Source of the DNA: an uncultured Clostridia bacterium
GTDB lineage: Bacteria > Bacillota > Clostridia > TANB77 > CAG-508
Length of the DNA stretch: 64,000 bases
NCBI GenBank assembly: GCA_947628815.1
Contig: CANRBJ010000002.1
Span: 3,584 to 67,583, forward strand
Reading direction: 5' to 3'
How positions within the stretch are numbered: the stretch's first letter is position 1; each line of letters begins with the position of its first letter. Shown here piece after piece: positions 34,598 through 42,621 of this stretch. The translations under genes and the position numbers were made by a program. Under the pieces are notes generated by a model. That model ran no database searches, was not told the DNA's origin, and saw nothing but the letters and a program-made list of their open reading frames with translations.

Positions 34598-34654
34598 GCG
34601 GACATCTCCATTTCTATTATATGTATCAAATAACTCACTTGAATAAACAATTAA

Positions 34655-34921
34655 TTAGGTATTCATATGAAATAATTTAAAAAATATTTCTCTAGATAAA
34701 AATAATATCATGGTTATCCAATCGGGAAGGACAATCTTATGTCGACCAATTAAGGTGAATAATGAATTTCCTAATATACCTAATACAGTAAGAAATATTG
34801 AAAATATCATACCCACCATACAATGATACAAATCTCTATCATTTAGACTGCATACACCTACGATGCCTAAAATAATTGCTATTTTACTTAAGGAAGTCCC
34901 AACTTTACTAACGATCTTCAT
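34655..34921 (-). CDS. Small membrane protein (3 predicted TM segments)
   Basis: Hydrophobic stretches IAIILGIVGVCSL, MVGMIFSIFLTVLGILG and ITMILFL. Confidence 0.5.
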   Translation of the reverse strand: MKIVSKVGTSLSKIAIILGIVGVCSLNDRDLYHCMVGMIFSIFLTVLGILGNSLFTLIGRHKIVLPDWITMILFLSREIFFKLFHMNT

Positions 34922-34971
34922 ATGAATGCTCCTACATATAAAATAAGATATGTAGATATTTCTATCTACAT

Positions 34972-34986
34972 ATCCTATAACGATTC
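34972..34986 (-). promoter_or_regulatory. Phage promoter-motif copy (AATCGTTA-TAGGAT)
   Basis: 51 nt upstream of the 34921 start. Confidence 0.45.
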
Positions 34987-35004
34987 AAGTATTCTTAATA
35001 TAAT

Positions 35005-35316
35005 TTATAAAAGATCTTCTCTTCCTTCTTCTTTTGCTAATTTTCTAAAGGCCTTAAGTAATCGAAGATCATTCCAATTAAACTCCGCTGCTAAATCGGC
35101 TAATATACTTTCATCTCCATTAGAATCTTTAATGTCTTTATAAAGATCATAATACAAAGTATATCCTATTTGCGTATCAAGATTATCATAGGCATATGCT
35201 GCCAAATTTGCTTGATTTTCTGTTACGTTGTAAACTTCCATCACCCTTTTCGTATTACGATAAGGATTACCTGTTATAGGACTTTTAGTTTCAATTTTTC
35301 GTTTCATAATAAACAC
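35005..35316 (-). CDS. Hypothetical protein
   Basis: 103-codon ORF on the gene strand. Confidence 0.55.
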   Translation of the reverse strand: MFIMKRKIETKSPITGNPYRNTKRVMEVYNVTENQANLAAYAYDNLDTQIGYTLYYDLYKDIKDSNGDESILADLAAEFNWNDLRLLKAFRKLAKEEGREDLL

Positions 35317-35370
35317 CTCATATTATTTTTTGATCATACTATCAACCAAAGTTAGAATTCTGATCTACAT

Positions 35371-35385
35371 GTCTTATAACGATTT
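35371..35385 (-). promoter_or_regulatory. Phage promoter-motif copy (AATCGTTA-TAAGAC)
   Basis: 55 nt upstream of the 35316 start. Confidence 0.4.
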
Positions 35386-35400
35386 AATTATTTTAAGAAA

Positions 35401-35928
35401 TTAACTAATTTCTCTGAATCGGAAATTGTCTACGGTAGAATCTTTATAGTCATATTCAACTTCTGCATTATCTACATATCTTTCTTCGCCATAGTCGTAA
35501 GAACCGTCGTGTTCCTCAAAATACTCACGATAACATTCAACACCAGATATATGATAGGTGAGGGTTACATCTCCTGAAATTTTATATCTTCCACGACTTG
35601 CAGGCATATAAGGTTCAATTAACTCATCTATATGTTCCACTACTCCTGTAATATCTTCTAGATATATGTTGTCTTTTTCTCCATACCAATCACCTATCTT
35701 TGAATCAGGAGAAGCTGCCCAGGAATAAGTTTCGTCTTCGTATTCCCACGATCCATCTTTATCTATATCTACTACAACACCTTCAAAATGAAATGTTATA
35801 CATTCATCGTAGTTATCCTCTGTGTCGGGCTCATCAGGTCCTAATGGACCTATATCATAGGGATTTAGAGGCAGCTGTTCTAGAATATCAGTTTCTAAGC
35901 TACCATCTGCACGAATGTAACGTTTCAT
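35401..35928 (-). CDS. Hypothetical acidic protein
   Basis: 175-codon ORF, rich in D, E and Y. Confidence 0.55.
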   Translation of the reverse strand: MKRYIRADGSLETDILEQLPLNPYDIGPLGPDEPDTEDNYDECITFHFEGVVVDIDKDGSWEYEDETYSWAASPDSKIGDWYGEKDNIYLEDITGVVEHIDELIEPYMPASRGRYKISGDVTLTYHISGVECYREYFEEHDGSYDYGEERYVDNAEVEYDYKDSTVDNFRFREIS

Positions 35929-35982
35929 ATATCTGTGCTCCTTTACGTATTATTGCTTTAGAAGGTGCCTTTCGCAGATTTT

Positions 35983-36378
35983 TTAGTCGACTTCTTCTCT
36001 CATCCACTTGTGCGAACCCTTGAATCTGCATATCTTCTGAGATTCCTCATCAGAAAATCTACTTGCCTGACTTTTAGTACACCAGCGAACTCCGCCTCCA
36101 CGTTTCCAATAGAGTCGACTCCCGTCTTGGTTAGGTTCAACATCTGAAGCATAGCAAACATATTCAGCATCAAGAGATTCTATTTCTAACTCATTTGCAT
36201 ATTCGGTCTGAAGACCTTTTATGTATTTTAAAGCATCTTCCTCGGTTTCAAAACCAGAAGCAAATAAGTTTCCATCATTATCTTCTATGACGTACGAAAA
36301 TCCGTCAAAATAATATTGGTAACCGGTTCCTGGCACATGTGCAATATTTAAGCCGCTATCTTCTATTAATCGCTTCAT
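35983..36378 (-). CDS. Hypothetical protein
   Basis: 131-codon ORF with an AGAGGGATCATATG RBS context. Confidence 0.55.
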   Translation of the reverse strand: MKRLIEDSGLNIAHVPGTGYQYYFDGFSYVIEDNDGNLFASGFETEEDALKYIKGLQTEYANELEIESLDAEYVCYASDVEPNQDGSRLYWKRGGGVRWCTKSQASRFSDEESQKICRFKGSHKWMREEVD

Positions 36379-36638
36379 ATCATATGATCCCTCTTTAATC
36401 AGTTATCAATGATTTGATCCTACTTATATATATTTCGCATACCTCATATATTATATCAAATCAATTCACTATTGTATTTTATATACATGTAAGATAATCA
36501 CTGTTGTTAAAGTCACCATACTGTTCATAGTCAACTTATACAGGTTTTGTAATGGTGGTATAGGTTTTTTGCTACAAATATTGCAATCCACATACCTGGA
36601 TTTTAGTCCATTATTTATAAACAGTCACTTCTGCATCA

Positions 36639-37235
36639 TCAATGCTTGCGATAGTATATATTCCTACTAGCAGTTTTGATGTCAACAAATGCTTCAGAAA
36701 TACCTGGATCGACTATATCGAAGTATGCTTTCTCATCATACTTAGTGATGGCCTCATTGCAAACTTGACAGAGTTCAAACATGTAATCATATGAAAGCTC
36801 TGCTCTAAGTTCCACATGAATTCTTCCGCCACCTGTACTCTTTACATCACAGAAGAGCATATCGGAGATGTCATTGAGGTCATATCCGTAATCTTCTGTC
36901 TGTAAGAGCTCGGATGCGGTGCTGTATATATCATCATGGATTTGCTTGATGAGTTCACTTACTTGCCATCTTGGAATCTGGAACCTGCCAAGATCTGCGC
37001 ATTCAATAAATTGAATATCTGTGCTGGCATCTGTCATATACACGAACTTGATGCTACCATCAAACTGCGGTTCTGAAATAAGCTCAGCTCCGCATTCGTC
37101 ACATATAAAAGTGTCGTGATAATCAACATCTGTATTCCTCATAACATCGTGATCTATGCAATAAAGGGTTTTATTAGTACATGATGGGCAGATGAAAGCT
37201 TTATTTCCTGTACTACTTATTATTACTCTTTTCAT
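36639..37235 (-). CDS. Hypothetical protein with CxxC pairs (zinc ribbon-like N-terminus)
   Basis: ORF track gives 36639..37301. ATG at 37235 (MKRVIISS) has an AGGAGTGGTG RBS. Contains CPSC...CDEC. Confidence 0.55.
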   Translation of the reverse strand: MKRVIISSTGNKAFICPSCTNKTLYCIDHDVMRNTDVDYHDTFICDECGAELISEPQFDGSIKFVYMTDASTDIQFIECADLGRFQIPRWQVSELIKQIHDDIYSTASELLQTEDYGYDLNDISDMLFCDVKSTGGGRIHVELRAELSYDYMFELCQVCNEAITKYDEKAYFDIVDPGISEAFVDIKTASRNIYYRKH

Positions 37236-37287
37236 ATATACACCACTCCTATTTGTATTCACAAATCTTACACAGTTTATATTACTT

Positions 37288-37671
37288 CTAAGTATGATCA
37301 ATCCGGGGTTCTACACCTTTGTTGTACCAGATCAGTTTAACAGCAATTCTATCAATAATATCATCAAGGTACTCGTAGCACTCTTCATAATTATCTGGAT
37401 CGTATTCAGGTAAGTTAATGATACCGATTTTCTTACCAGCTTTATATACCGTGGCTCCGCAAGGAGAATCTTTCTCTGCCCATGCGTATTCAGCTAAATC
37501 ATATGGATGAATTTCTGAAACTTGACACTGAAAATAGTCTGGATCATCTTCAAACTTTGTGTAAACAGAGAATCTACGCCTCCCGTGTTCATGCACAAAA
37601 GGACCATTATAATTCTTCGTACTAGCCTTCAAATCGATCCTACTTCTTATTATCTTTTTCACCAATTTCAC
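37288..37671 (-). CDS. Hypothetical protein
   Basis: 127-codon ORF on the gene strand. Confidence 0.55.
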   Translation of the reverse strand: MKLVKKIIRSRIDLKASTKNYNGPFVHEHGRRRFSVYTKFEDDPDYFQCQVSEIHPYDLAEYAWAEKDSPCGATVYKAGKKIGIINLPEYDPDNYEECYEYLDDIIDRIAVKLIWYNKGVEPRIDHT

Positions 37672-37912
37672 CCTTTTCTAATTCTTTCCTTAATCTGTTA
37701 TATTCATTGCTATTACATGATTCTTTTATTTCTTTTGCTTTACTATAACAAGTATAACTGCAACAATGCACTACTCTTCCAGCAAATACTAGTTTATATA
37801 TAGAACCAGGAATTTTAATAAATTTCTTTCCACAAATACAACATTCTTTGAAATGAAATGGAGTATAGATTTTTTCTGCCATAATAGTATCCTCATTAAT
37901 TATAATTCTCAT
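37640..37912 (-). CDS. Hypothetical Cys-rich small protein
   Basis: CCICGKKF...VHCCSYTCYSK. An alternative ATG at 37882 has a GAGGA RBS. Confidence 0.5.
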   Translation of the reverse strand: MRIIINEDTIMAEKIYTPFHFKECCICGKKFIKIPGSIYKLVFAGRVVHCCSYTCYSKAKEIKESCNSNEYNRLRKELEKGEIGEKDNKK

Positions 37913-38220
37913 CAGAAAGATAATTCGATAATCTGATAATTTTTCAAATCATCTGGATTCACAAGCACTTCGCCTTCGCAAATTTTCTTAAATAATACAA
38001 CATTATGTAACGTACCTTCTATGTTATGTGCAAAGAATTTTACAGCCCAAGTATATAGATCATCGTGGACATATTGTATTTCTTGAATTTCTACATAAGC
38101 GTCTTCTACACCTATCTTTTCTGTGACTTCATCCTTCAATATATCCTCGATATTTTTCAGGATATATGTAAGACTCTTCTCAATTGCTACTGAAGGTGAT
38201 TGTATGCTTGATGATTTCAT
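37912..38220 (-). CDS. Hypothetical protein
   Basis: 102-codon ORF. Confidence 0.55.
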   Translation of the reverse strand: MKSSSIQSPSVAIEKSLTYILKNIEDILKDEVTEKIGVEDAYVEIQEIQYVHDDLYTWAVKFFAHNIEGTLHNVVLFKKICEGEVLVNPDDLKNYQIIELSF

Positions 38221-38223
38221 ATA

Positions 38224-38577
38224 TTATCTATCCCTTTTATTAATAACCCAATTTAAGTATTGGTCGGTTTCCTTTTCGCAGAGTGGGCAGATTCCTGATA
38301 TCTTTGTGATTTTCTGGTCGGAATCAGTCACTGCGGAAATAAATATTCCTTTGCATCTGTCGCATTCTGCTATGTAATGACCTTCTATATTGTTATCAAT
38401 TTCTATGTCAACATCGTCTTCTTGAATTTCATCCACTTGATCTTGCATGTCTTCTATACTGTCTTGCATATCATATAGGGCGTCTTCCAAGCTATTATCG
38501 CCTTCATATGCGGAATCTTCACTATGTTCATAGTCATTGTCTGCTGCATATATCTTACGATTGTGATTTATTTTCAT
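38224..38577 (-). CDS. Hypothetical acidic protein with a C-terminal CxxC...CxxC zinc ribbon
   Basis: ORF track gives 38224..38598. ATG at 38577 lies 8 nt after a GGAGGT RBS. Contains CDRC...CPLC. Confidence 0.55.
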   Translation of the reverse strand: MKINHNRKIYAADNDYEHSEDSAYEGDNSLEDALYDMQDSIEDMQDQVDEIQEDDVDIEIDNNIEGHYIAECDRCKGIFISAVTDSDQKITKISGICPLCEKETDQYLNWVINKRDR

Positions 38578-38629
38578 GTTATCTAACCTCCATATCAAGT
38601 TACTTCACACATTATTAAAGGTTGTTTAG

Positions 38630-38644
38630 ATTGTATAACGAATC
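38630..38644 (-). promoter_or_regulatory. Phage promoter-motif copy (ATTCGTTA-TACAAT)
   Basis: 53 nt upstream of ATG 38577. Preceded by hairpin 38657-38673 (AATCTCG/CGAGATT). Confidence 0.5.
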
Positions 38645-38688
38645 ATAAACATAGATAATCTCGTGACGAGATTTAGATTTGAGGATGA

Positions 38689-39459
38689 TTACAAGTCTGA
38701 TTGATTTATGTATTCTATATCTTCTAATGTAATTAATTTATTAGAAACAATATGTTTGATCCTATCGCAACCTACTTGATACCAATGTGCATCTTTTTCA
38801 ATACATATGAATTTACGATGTGTACGTAAGCAAGCTTCTGCTGTAGTGCATGTACCTGCAAAATTGTCTAATACAGTATCAGAATCATTAGAATGTATAT
38901 TTATCAAATCCATAAATAGTTGTAAAGGTTTTTGTGTGGGGTGACCCAGTCTTTCTTTACCATGTAAAATAGGATAGTTGTATACTCCGATGTTATATTC
39001 TGATTTAAATGTAGGATTACTACCCTTCACCATTGTACAGAAATACTCGCGGGTATTAGAAAGATAATTTAATTTAGAATTTAAAGGTACTGGATTAGTT
39101 TTCTGCCATATACATATTCTATGTTGCTTAAATTTACTAGAGGCCTTTTTAATATCATTCATCTTCCAGATATCATAGAAGAATATTATTGTTCCTCGAG
39201 GTCTAAGTATTCTATAGTATTGTTTAAATAATTCATCTAAATTATTTAATTCAATATCCCAATCACCAAAATATAAAGTAGGTGGTGTAGTGTAATATTT
39301 ACTATTTGTGTCTCTCCAGCTACCTCCTGTAAAATCACTGTCAGATCTAGATATAGCATATGGAGGATCTGTCAATATGAGATCTATACTCTTATCTGGC
39401 AACTTTTGTAATGTTGATTCCCCGTCACCGAATATAAATTTAGATTTATCTAATTTCAT
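38689..39459 (-). CDS. DNA methyltransferase (beta-class N6-adenine or N4-cytosine)
   Basis: Motif IV LILTDPPYAI near the N-terminus and motif I LDNFAGTCTTAEAC near the C-terminus. Confidence 0.8.
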   Translation of the reverse strand: MKLDKSKFIFGDGESTLQKLPDKSIDLILTDPPYAISRSDSDFTGGSWRDTNSKYYTTPPTLYFGDWDIELNNLDELFKQYYRILRPRGTIIFFYDIWKMNDIKKASSKFKQHRICIWQKTNPVPLNSKLNYLSNTREYFCTMVKGSNPTFKSEYNIGVYNYPILHGKERLGHPTQKPLQLFMDLINIHSNDSDTVLDNFAGTCTTAEACLRTHRKFICIEKDAHWYQVGCDRIKHIVSNKLITLEDIEYINQSDL

Positions 39460-39498
39460 TTGTTCTCACTTTTCGAACCTGGTATATTGTAGATAATA

Positions 39499-40398
39499 TT
39501 AATAATTTGTAATTGCTAATTGATCAGCAAATTGAATCAGATGTACAAGCGGATAGATTCTATTCGCTTGCTGAAGCTCGTTCACTTCAGAATCAACAGT
39601 ATTCCATCTGCCCATGTGGTATCTGATAGCACAACATTCTTCCATCGAAAGATTGAAAAATTTCATCGCAAGATACATCGAAGATACCCCATGTCCGAGA
39701 CAGATTGCCCTGTCCTCTACATACTTATAAGATTTAATCTGTGTCCACTGACCGTTTTCGTCTTTGACATTTCTCATGTAGCTGTCGTAAAGTCCGATTT
39801 TGCACCAATCATGAACAAGCGCTGCAAGCACTACTGACGAAATGTTCTTTACAGTAGATTTGAATGGTTCTGCATGCATTAAGTCAATGGCTTTATTGAG
39901 TACTCGAAGTGTGTGATAGAAAAGCCCACCTTCATAACTGTCATGATACTTTGTTGATGCAGGGCAGGTGTAGAAATCTGTAGAAGCGATCCAGTCAAGA
40001 ATCTTTTTCGCCTTTGGTACGAATTCATCAGGATTGGCTCTCTTCTCCTTCGCTCTGATAAGTGCGATGCCTAAGATGCACATCTCATAGAATTCTACTG
40101 CACCTTGGTGTTGTTCGTCCCACTTGCTGCCTACGAAGTATTCAGGCCTCTCCTTATACATCAGAAAATCTCTTGCGATATCATTAAATAAGTCAATGAC
40201 CTCAGGATCAAGATCAAACCGCTTCGCAGATTCTTCTGTTGGTTCAATAGGACAACCATCTCCTACTGTTTCATGAATAGTGCATAAAACTTCTCCAGTT
40301 TTGATGTTAGTGACATCGAATAGCTCAGGTGTTTTTCGTGTGAACCAATATGTGAATTCATCGAATCTAGAAAACGGCTTTGTCATTGTCTCTGACAT
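39499..40398 (-). CDS. HD-domain phosphohydrolase (YhaM-like HD module)
   Basis: KYHDSYEGGLFYHTLRV...LAALVHDWCKIG...GHGVSS fits an HD-superfamily metal-binding pattern. Confidence 0.6.
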   Translation of the reverse strand: MSETMTKPFSRFDEFTYWFTRKTPELFDVTNIKTGEVLCTIHETVGDGCPIEPTEESAKRFDLDPEVIDLFNDIARDFLMYKERPEYFVGSKWDEQHQGAVEFYEMCILGIALIRAKEKRANPDEFVPKAKKILDWIASTDFYTCPASTKYHDSYEGGLFYHTLRVLNKAIDLMHAEPFKSTVKNISSVVLAALVHDWCKIGLYDSYMRNVKDENGQWTQIKSYKYVEDRAICLGHGVSSMYLAMKFFNLSMEECCAIRYHMGRWNTVDSEVNELQQANRIYPLVHLIQFADQLAITNY

Positions 40399-40440
40399 TT
40401 GTATTTCCTCCTTGTTGATAATTTATCTGTTTACTTATAT

Positions 40441-40455
40441 ATTATATAACGAATC
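40441..40455 (-). promoter_or_regulatory. Phage promoter-motif copy (ATTCGTTA-TATAAT)
   Basis: 43 nt upstream of the 40398 start. Overlaps the NADAR gene stop. Confidence 0.5.
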
Positions 40456-40912
40456 AATGTTCATTATTGTTTCTCAAGTAATCTCTTACCTTCATCAAAG
40501 TATATCCGAGGCGATTCTTGCCACAGTTTTTACGGAGATCAACTCCCCAGAATGTATCTCCCAAGGTGTTTCCTTCAACAAGCATCGCATCTCCAGTTTC
40601 TAGAAGTTTTTTACCAAGCTCTGGATTACGCTGAAATTTATCCAATACGACGTTAAACATCACTCCTTCTTTCACATATTCCCAATCCGCACGCATACGT
40701 ATTCGGCGGCCAAGCTTCTTTGCTTCTACTCCGGAAAGATTACGAAACATATTACGATCATTCTCATCGTCACATTTTGCTGCCTGAAAAGCAGCTTCGG
40801 AACTAGGATATATGACGCCAAAGAGCATTACAGGCGTTTCGTACATATTACTAAGAAAAGAATATTCTCCTCTAAATTGCATGATTTTCTCATCCATAAT
40901 ACTGTCCTCCAA
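40454..40912 (-). CDS. NADAR (DUF1768/YbiA-like) family protein
   Basis: FRGEYSFLSNMYETPV...YPSSEAAFQAAKC...GDTFWGVD are conserved NADAR segments. Confidence 0.65.
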   Translation of the reverse strand: MEDSIMDEKIMQFRGEYSFLSNMYETPVMLFGVIYPSSEAAFQAAKCDDENDRNMFRNLSGVEAKKLGRRIRMRADWEYVKEGVMFNVVLDKFQRNPELGKKLLETGDAMLVEGNTLGDTFWGVDLRKNCGKNRLGYTLMKVRDYLRNNNEH

Positions 40913-40919
40913 TATTTAA

Positions 40920-41219
40920 TCAAATGTCTCCATCATATTCCTTACATGATAAAATATAATTTACTACGAATCTAATTGCTTTATACAAACTATCATCTAC
41001 ATCAGAATTATCTATACAGTAATCACTCATGTAGATATAATTAATCAAAGTAGATTCGAGTGTGTCTATATATTCTATAACGAACCAATGATGTTTGAGG
41101 TATAATATTTTCCATTTATGGTATCTATCATCTAAGAAATATCCAGATATTGATCCGTCTTGAAACTCTGCATAACATTTATCTTTTAACCAATTTATTT
41201 CTTTCTGAAATGTATGCAT
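40920..41219 (-). CDS. Hypothetical protein
   Basis: 99-codon ORF. Confidence 0.55.
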   Translation of the reverse strand: MHTFQKEINWLKDKCYAEFQDGSISGYFLDDRYHKWKILYLKHHWFVIEYIDTLESTLINYIYMSDYCIDNSDVDDSLYKAIRFVVNYILSCKEYDGDI

Positions 41220-41253
41220 CTATTAACACCCTTTACAATATACATATTATTAT

Positions 41254-41268
41254 ATCGTATAACGAAAA
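41254..41268 (-). promoter_or_regulatory. Phage promoter-motif copy (TTTCGTTA-TACGAT)
   Basis: 35 nt upstream of the 41219 start. Fused to the T-run of the preceding terminator. Confidence 0.45.
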
Positions 41269-41306
41269 AACAGATAGCCCTACTTGCGGCTTAGTAGGAC
41301 TATCTG
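41265..41306 (-). terminator. Rho-independent terminator
   Basis: 14-bp stem (41271-41284 with 41293-41306). Its single odd pair is U-G on the minus strand but C-A on the plus strand. Followed by TTTTTT on the minus strand. Confidence 0.7.
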
Positions 41307-41386
41307 TTTCAGAAAGGAGGAATTTTATGAACGCAATCTGTTATCTCAGCTCAGCAAATCTAAGATAACCAAAACATTGAAAAATA

Positions 41387-41866
41387 CTAAATCCATTCTA
41401 CCGGCTCCAATTCACCAGTATAATCTAAAAATGTTTTTCGATTATTGGGTATAGTTTCAATCTCTTTATATTTTATTCCCCATTCACCTATCTTATTAAT
41501 ATTGATTGATTTTTTACCTGTATCCTCTAGACTTTTGATCTCATTTATATCAATTATAAAAGCTCTCTGATGAGAAGCGAATAATATTATTACTATACCA
41601 TAGCACCCATCTACCTTAGACTTATTTATAAGTCCATTGTGCTGATTTTCCGTGATCATATTAAAATCGAATCTATCTGACCAAGTAGCTTTACTTTCTA
41701 TATAATACATATAAGGTTGCTTGAAACACGTGAAATCACATATGTTTTTACTTCCATAGAAACCACTCATTTGATCATATACTCTATCTAAAGAGTAACC
41801 GTCTTCGGGTCGGTCAAGCCACTTCCAAATCTTTGCTTCAGCTTCCTTTCCAAGACCGTCATTCAT
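41387..41866 (-). CDS. recU: RecU-like Holliday-junction resolvase (PD-(D/E)xK fold)
   Basis: GKEAEAKI...ICDFTCFKQPYMYYIESKATWSDRFDFNMITENQHNGL...GIVIILF...GKKSI parallels the B. subtilis RecU pattern DF..E.K...F....Q. Confidence 0.6.
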   Translation of the reverse strand: MNDGLGKEAEAKIWKWLDRPEDGYSLDRVYDQMSGFYGSKNICDFTCFKQPYMYYIESKATWSDRFDFNMITENQHNGLINKSKVDGCYGIVIILFASHQRAFIIDINEIKSLEDTGKKSININKIGEWGIKYKEIETIPNNRKTFLDYTGELEPVEWI

Positions 41867-41877
41867 TCTATCACCTC

Positions 41878-42621
41878 TTAGTAGTCTTCTTCGTCAAACC
41901 CTTTGTAGCTGTTAAACCATTCATATGCTTCTGCTTCAGAATCTCCTTCCCAGTCAGCATATGCTTCATCAGGTTCATACAAGTCCTTATCCCCAAACAT
42001 GCAGATAAATTTGTCACCTTCGTCATTTATATACATTGTGTAATCTGTACAGAAACCGTCTGAATCAATAACTTGTTTAGACGCAAGCTCAATCCAGCCC
42101 GACTCTTCAATTTCCTTAGACGAAGTAACTGTATCCTCCGGAGACTGCTCTTTCATATCATAGCTGCGAAGCTCGTCTGTTGTCAAGAAGCGATCAAGCT
42201 TCACATATGAACCATTTGGAGTATCCTTAATGTCAAGCACATTTGCATGTTTCGGAATGCTTCCAGGTTGGACACCATGTGTTGTGAAAAACCAATATCC
42301 TTCATCGTCAATCAGACCGTCATCACGATATGCAGCTGTGATTTTATCGCACTCGTCGATGTTGGACATAGTAGATGTATGACGAATGTTACTTTCTAGA
42401 ACTTCATACTCTCCGTCAGAATACTGAGTTACTTCTATTGTTACTTCACGACCACTCTTCCAGGTCCTACCGTCCTGATAGGCAATAATATGATCATCGG
42501 GAGAGCGTCTGTAAGCACTATCAACGAAGTATCCGTAATCTTCAAGAGTATCAATGAGTTCTTTCCATGTTTTTGCTGTGATCCTGAATCGAGAACTTGA
42601 TGACGATTTGATTATTCTCAT
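41878..42621 (-). CDS. Hypothetical acidic protein
   Basis: 247-codon ORF with a 4-nt overlap with the upstream gene. Confidence 0.55.
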   Translation of the reverse strand: MRIIKSSSSSRFRITAKTWKELIDTLEDYGYFVDSAYRRSPDDHIIAYQDGRTWKSGREVTIEVTQYSDGEYEVLESNIRHTSTMSNIDECDKITAAYRDDGLIDDEGYWFFTTHGVQPGSIPKHANVLDIKDTPNGSYVKLDRFLTTDELRSYDMKEQSPEDTVTSSKEIEESGWIELASKQVIDSDGFCTDYTMYINDEGDKFICMFGDKDLYEPDEAYADWEGDSEAEAYEWFNSYKGFDEEDY

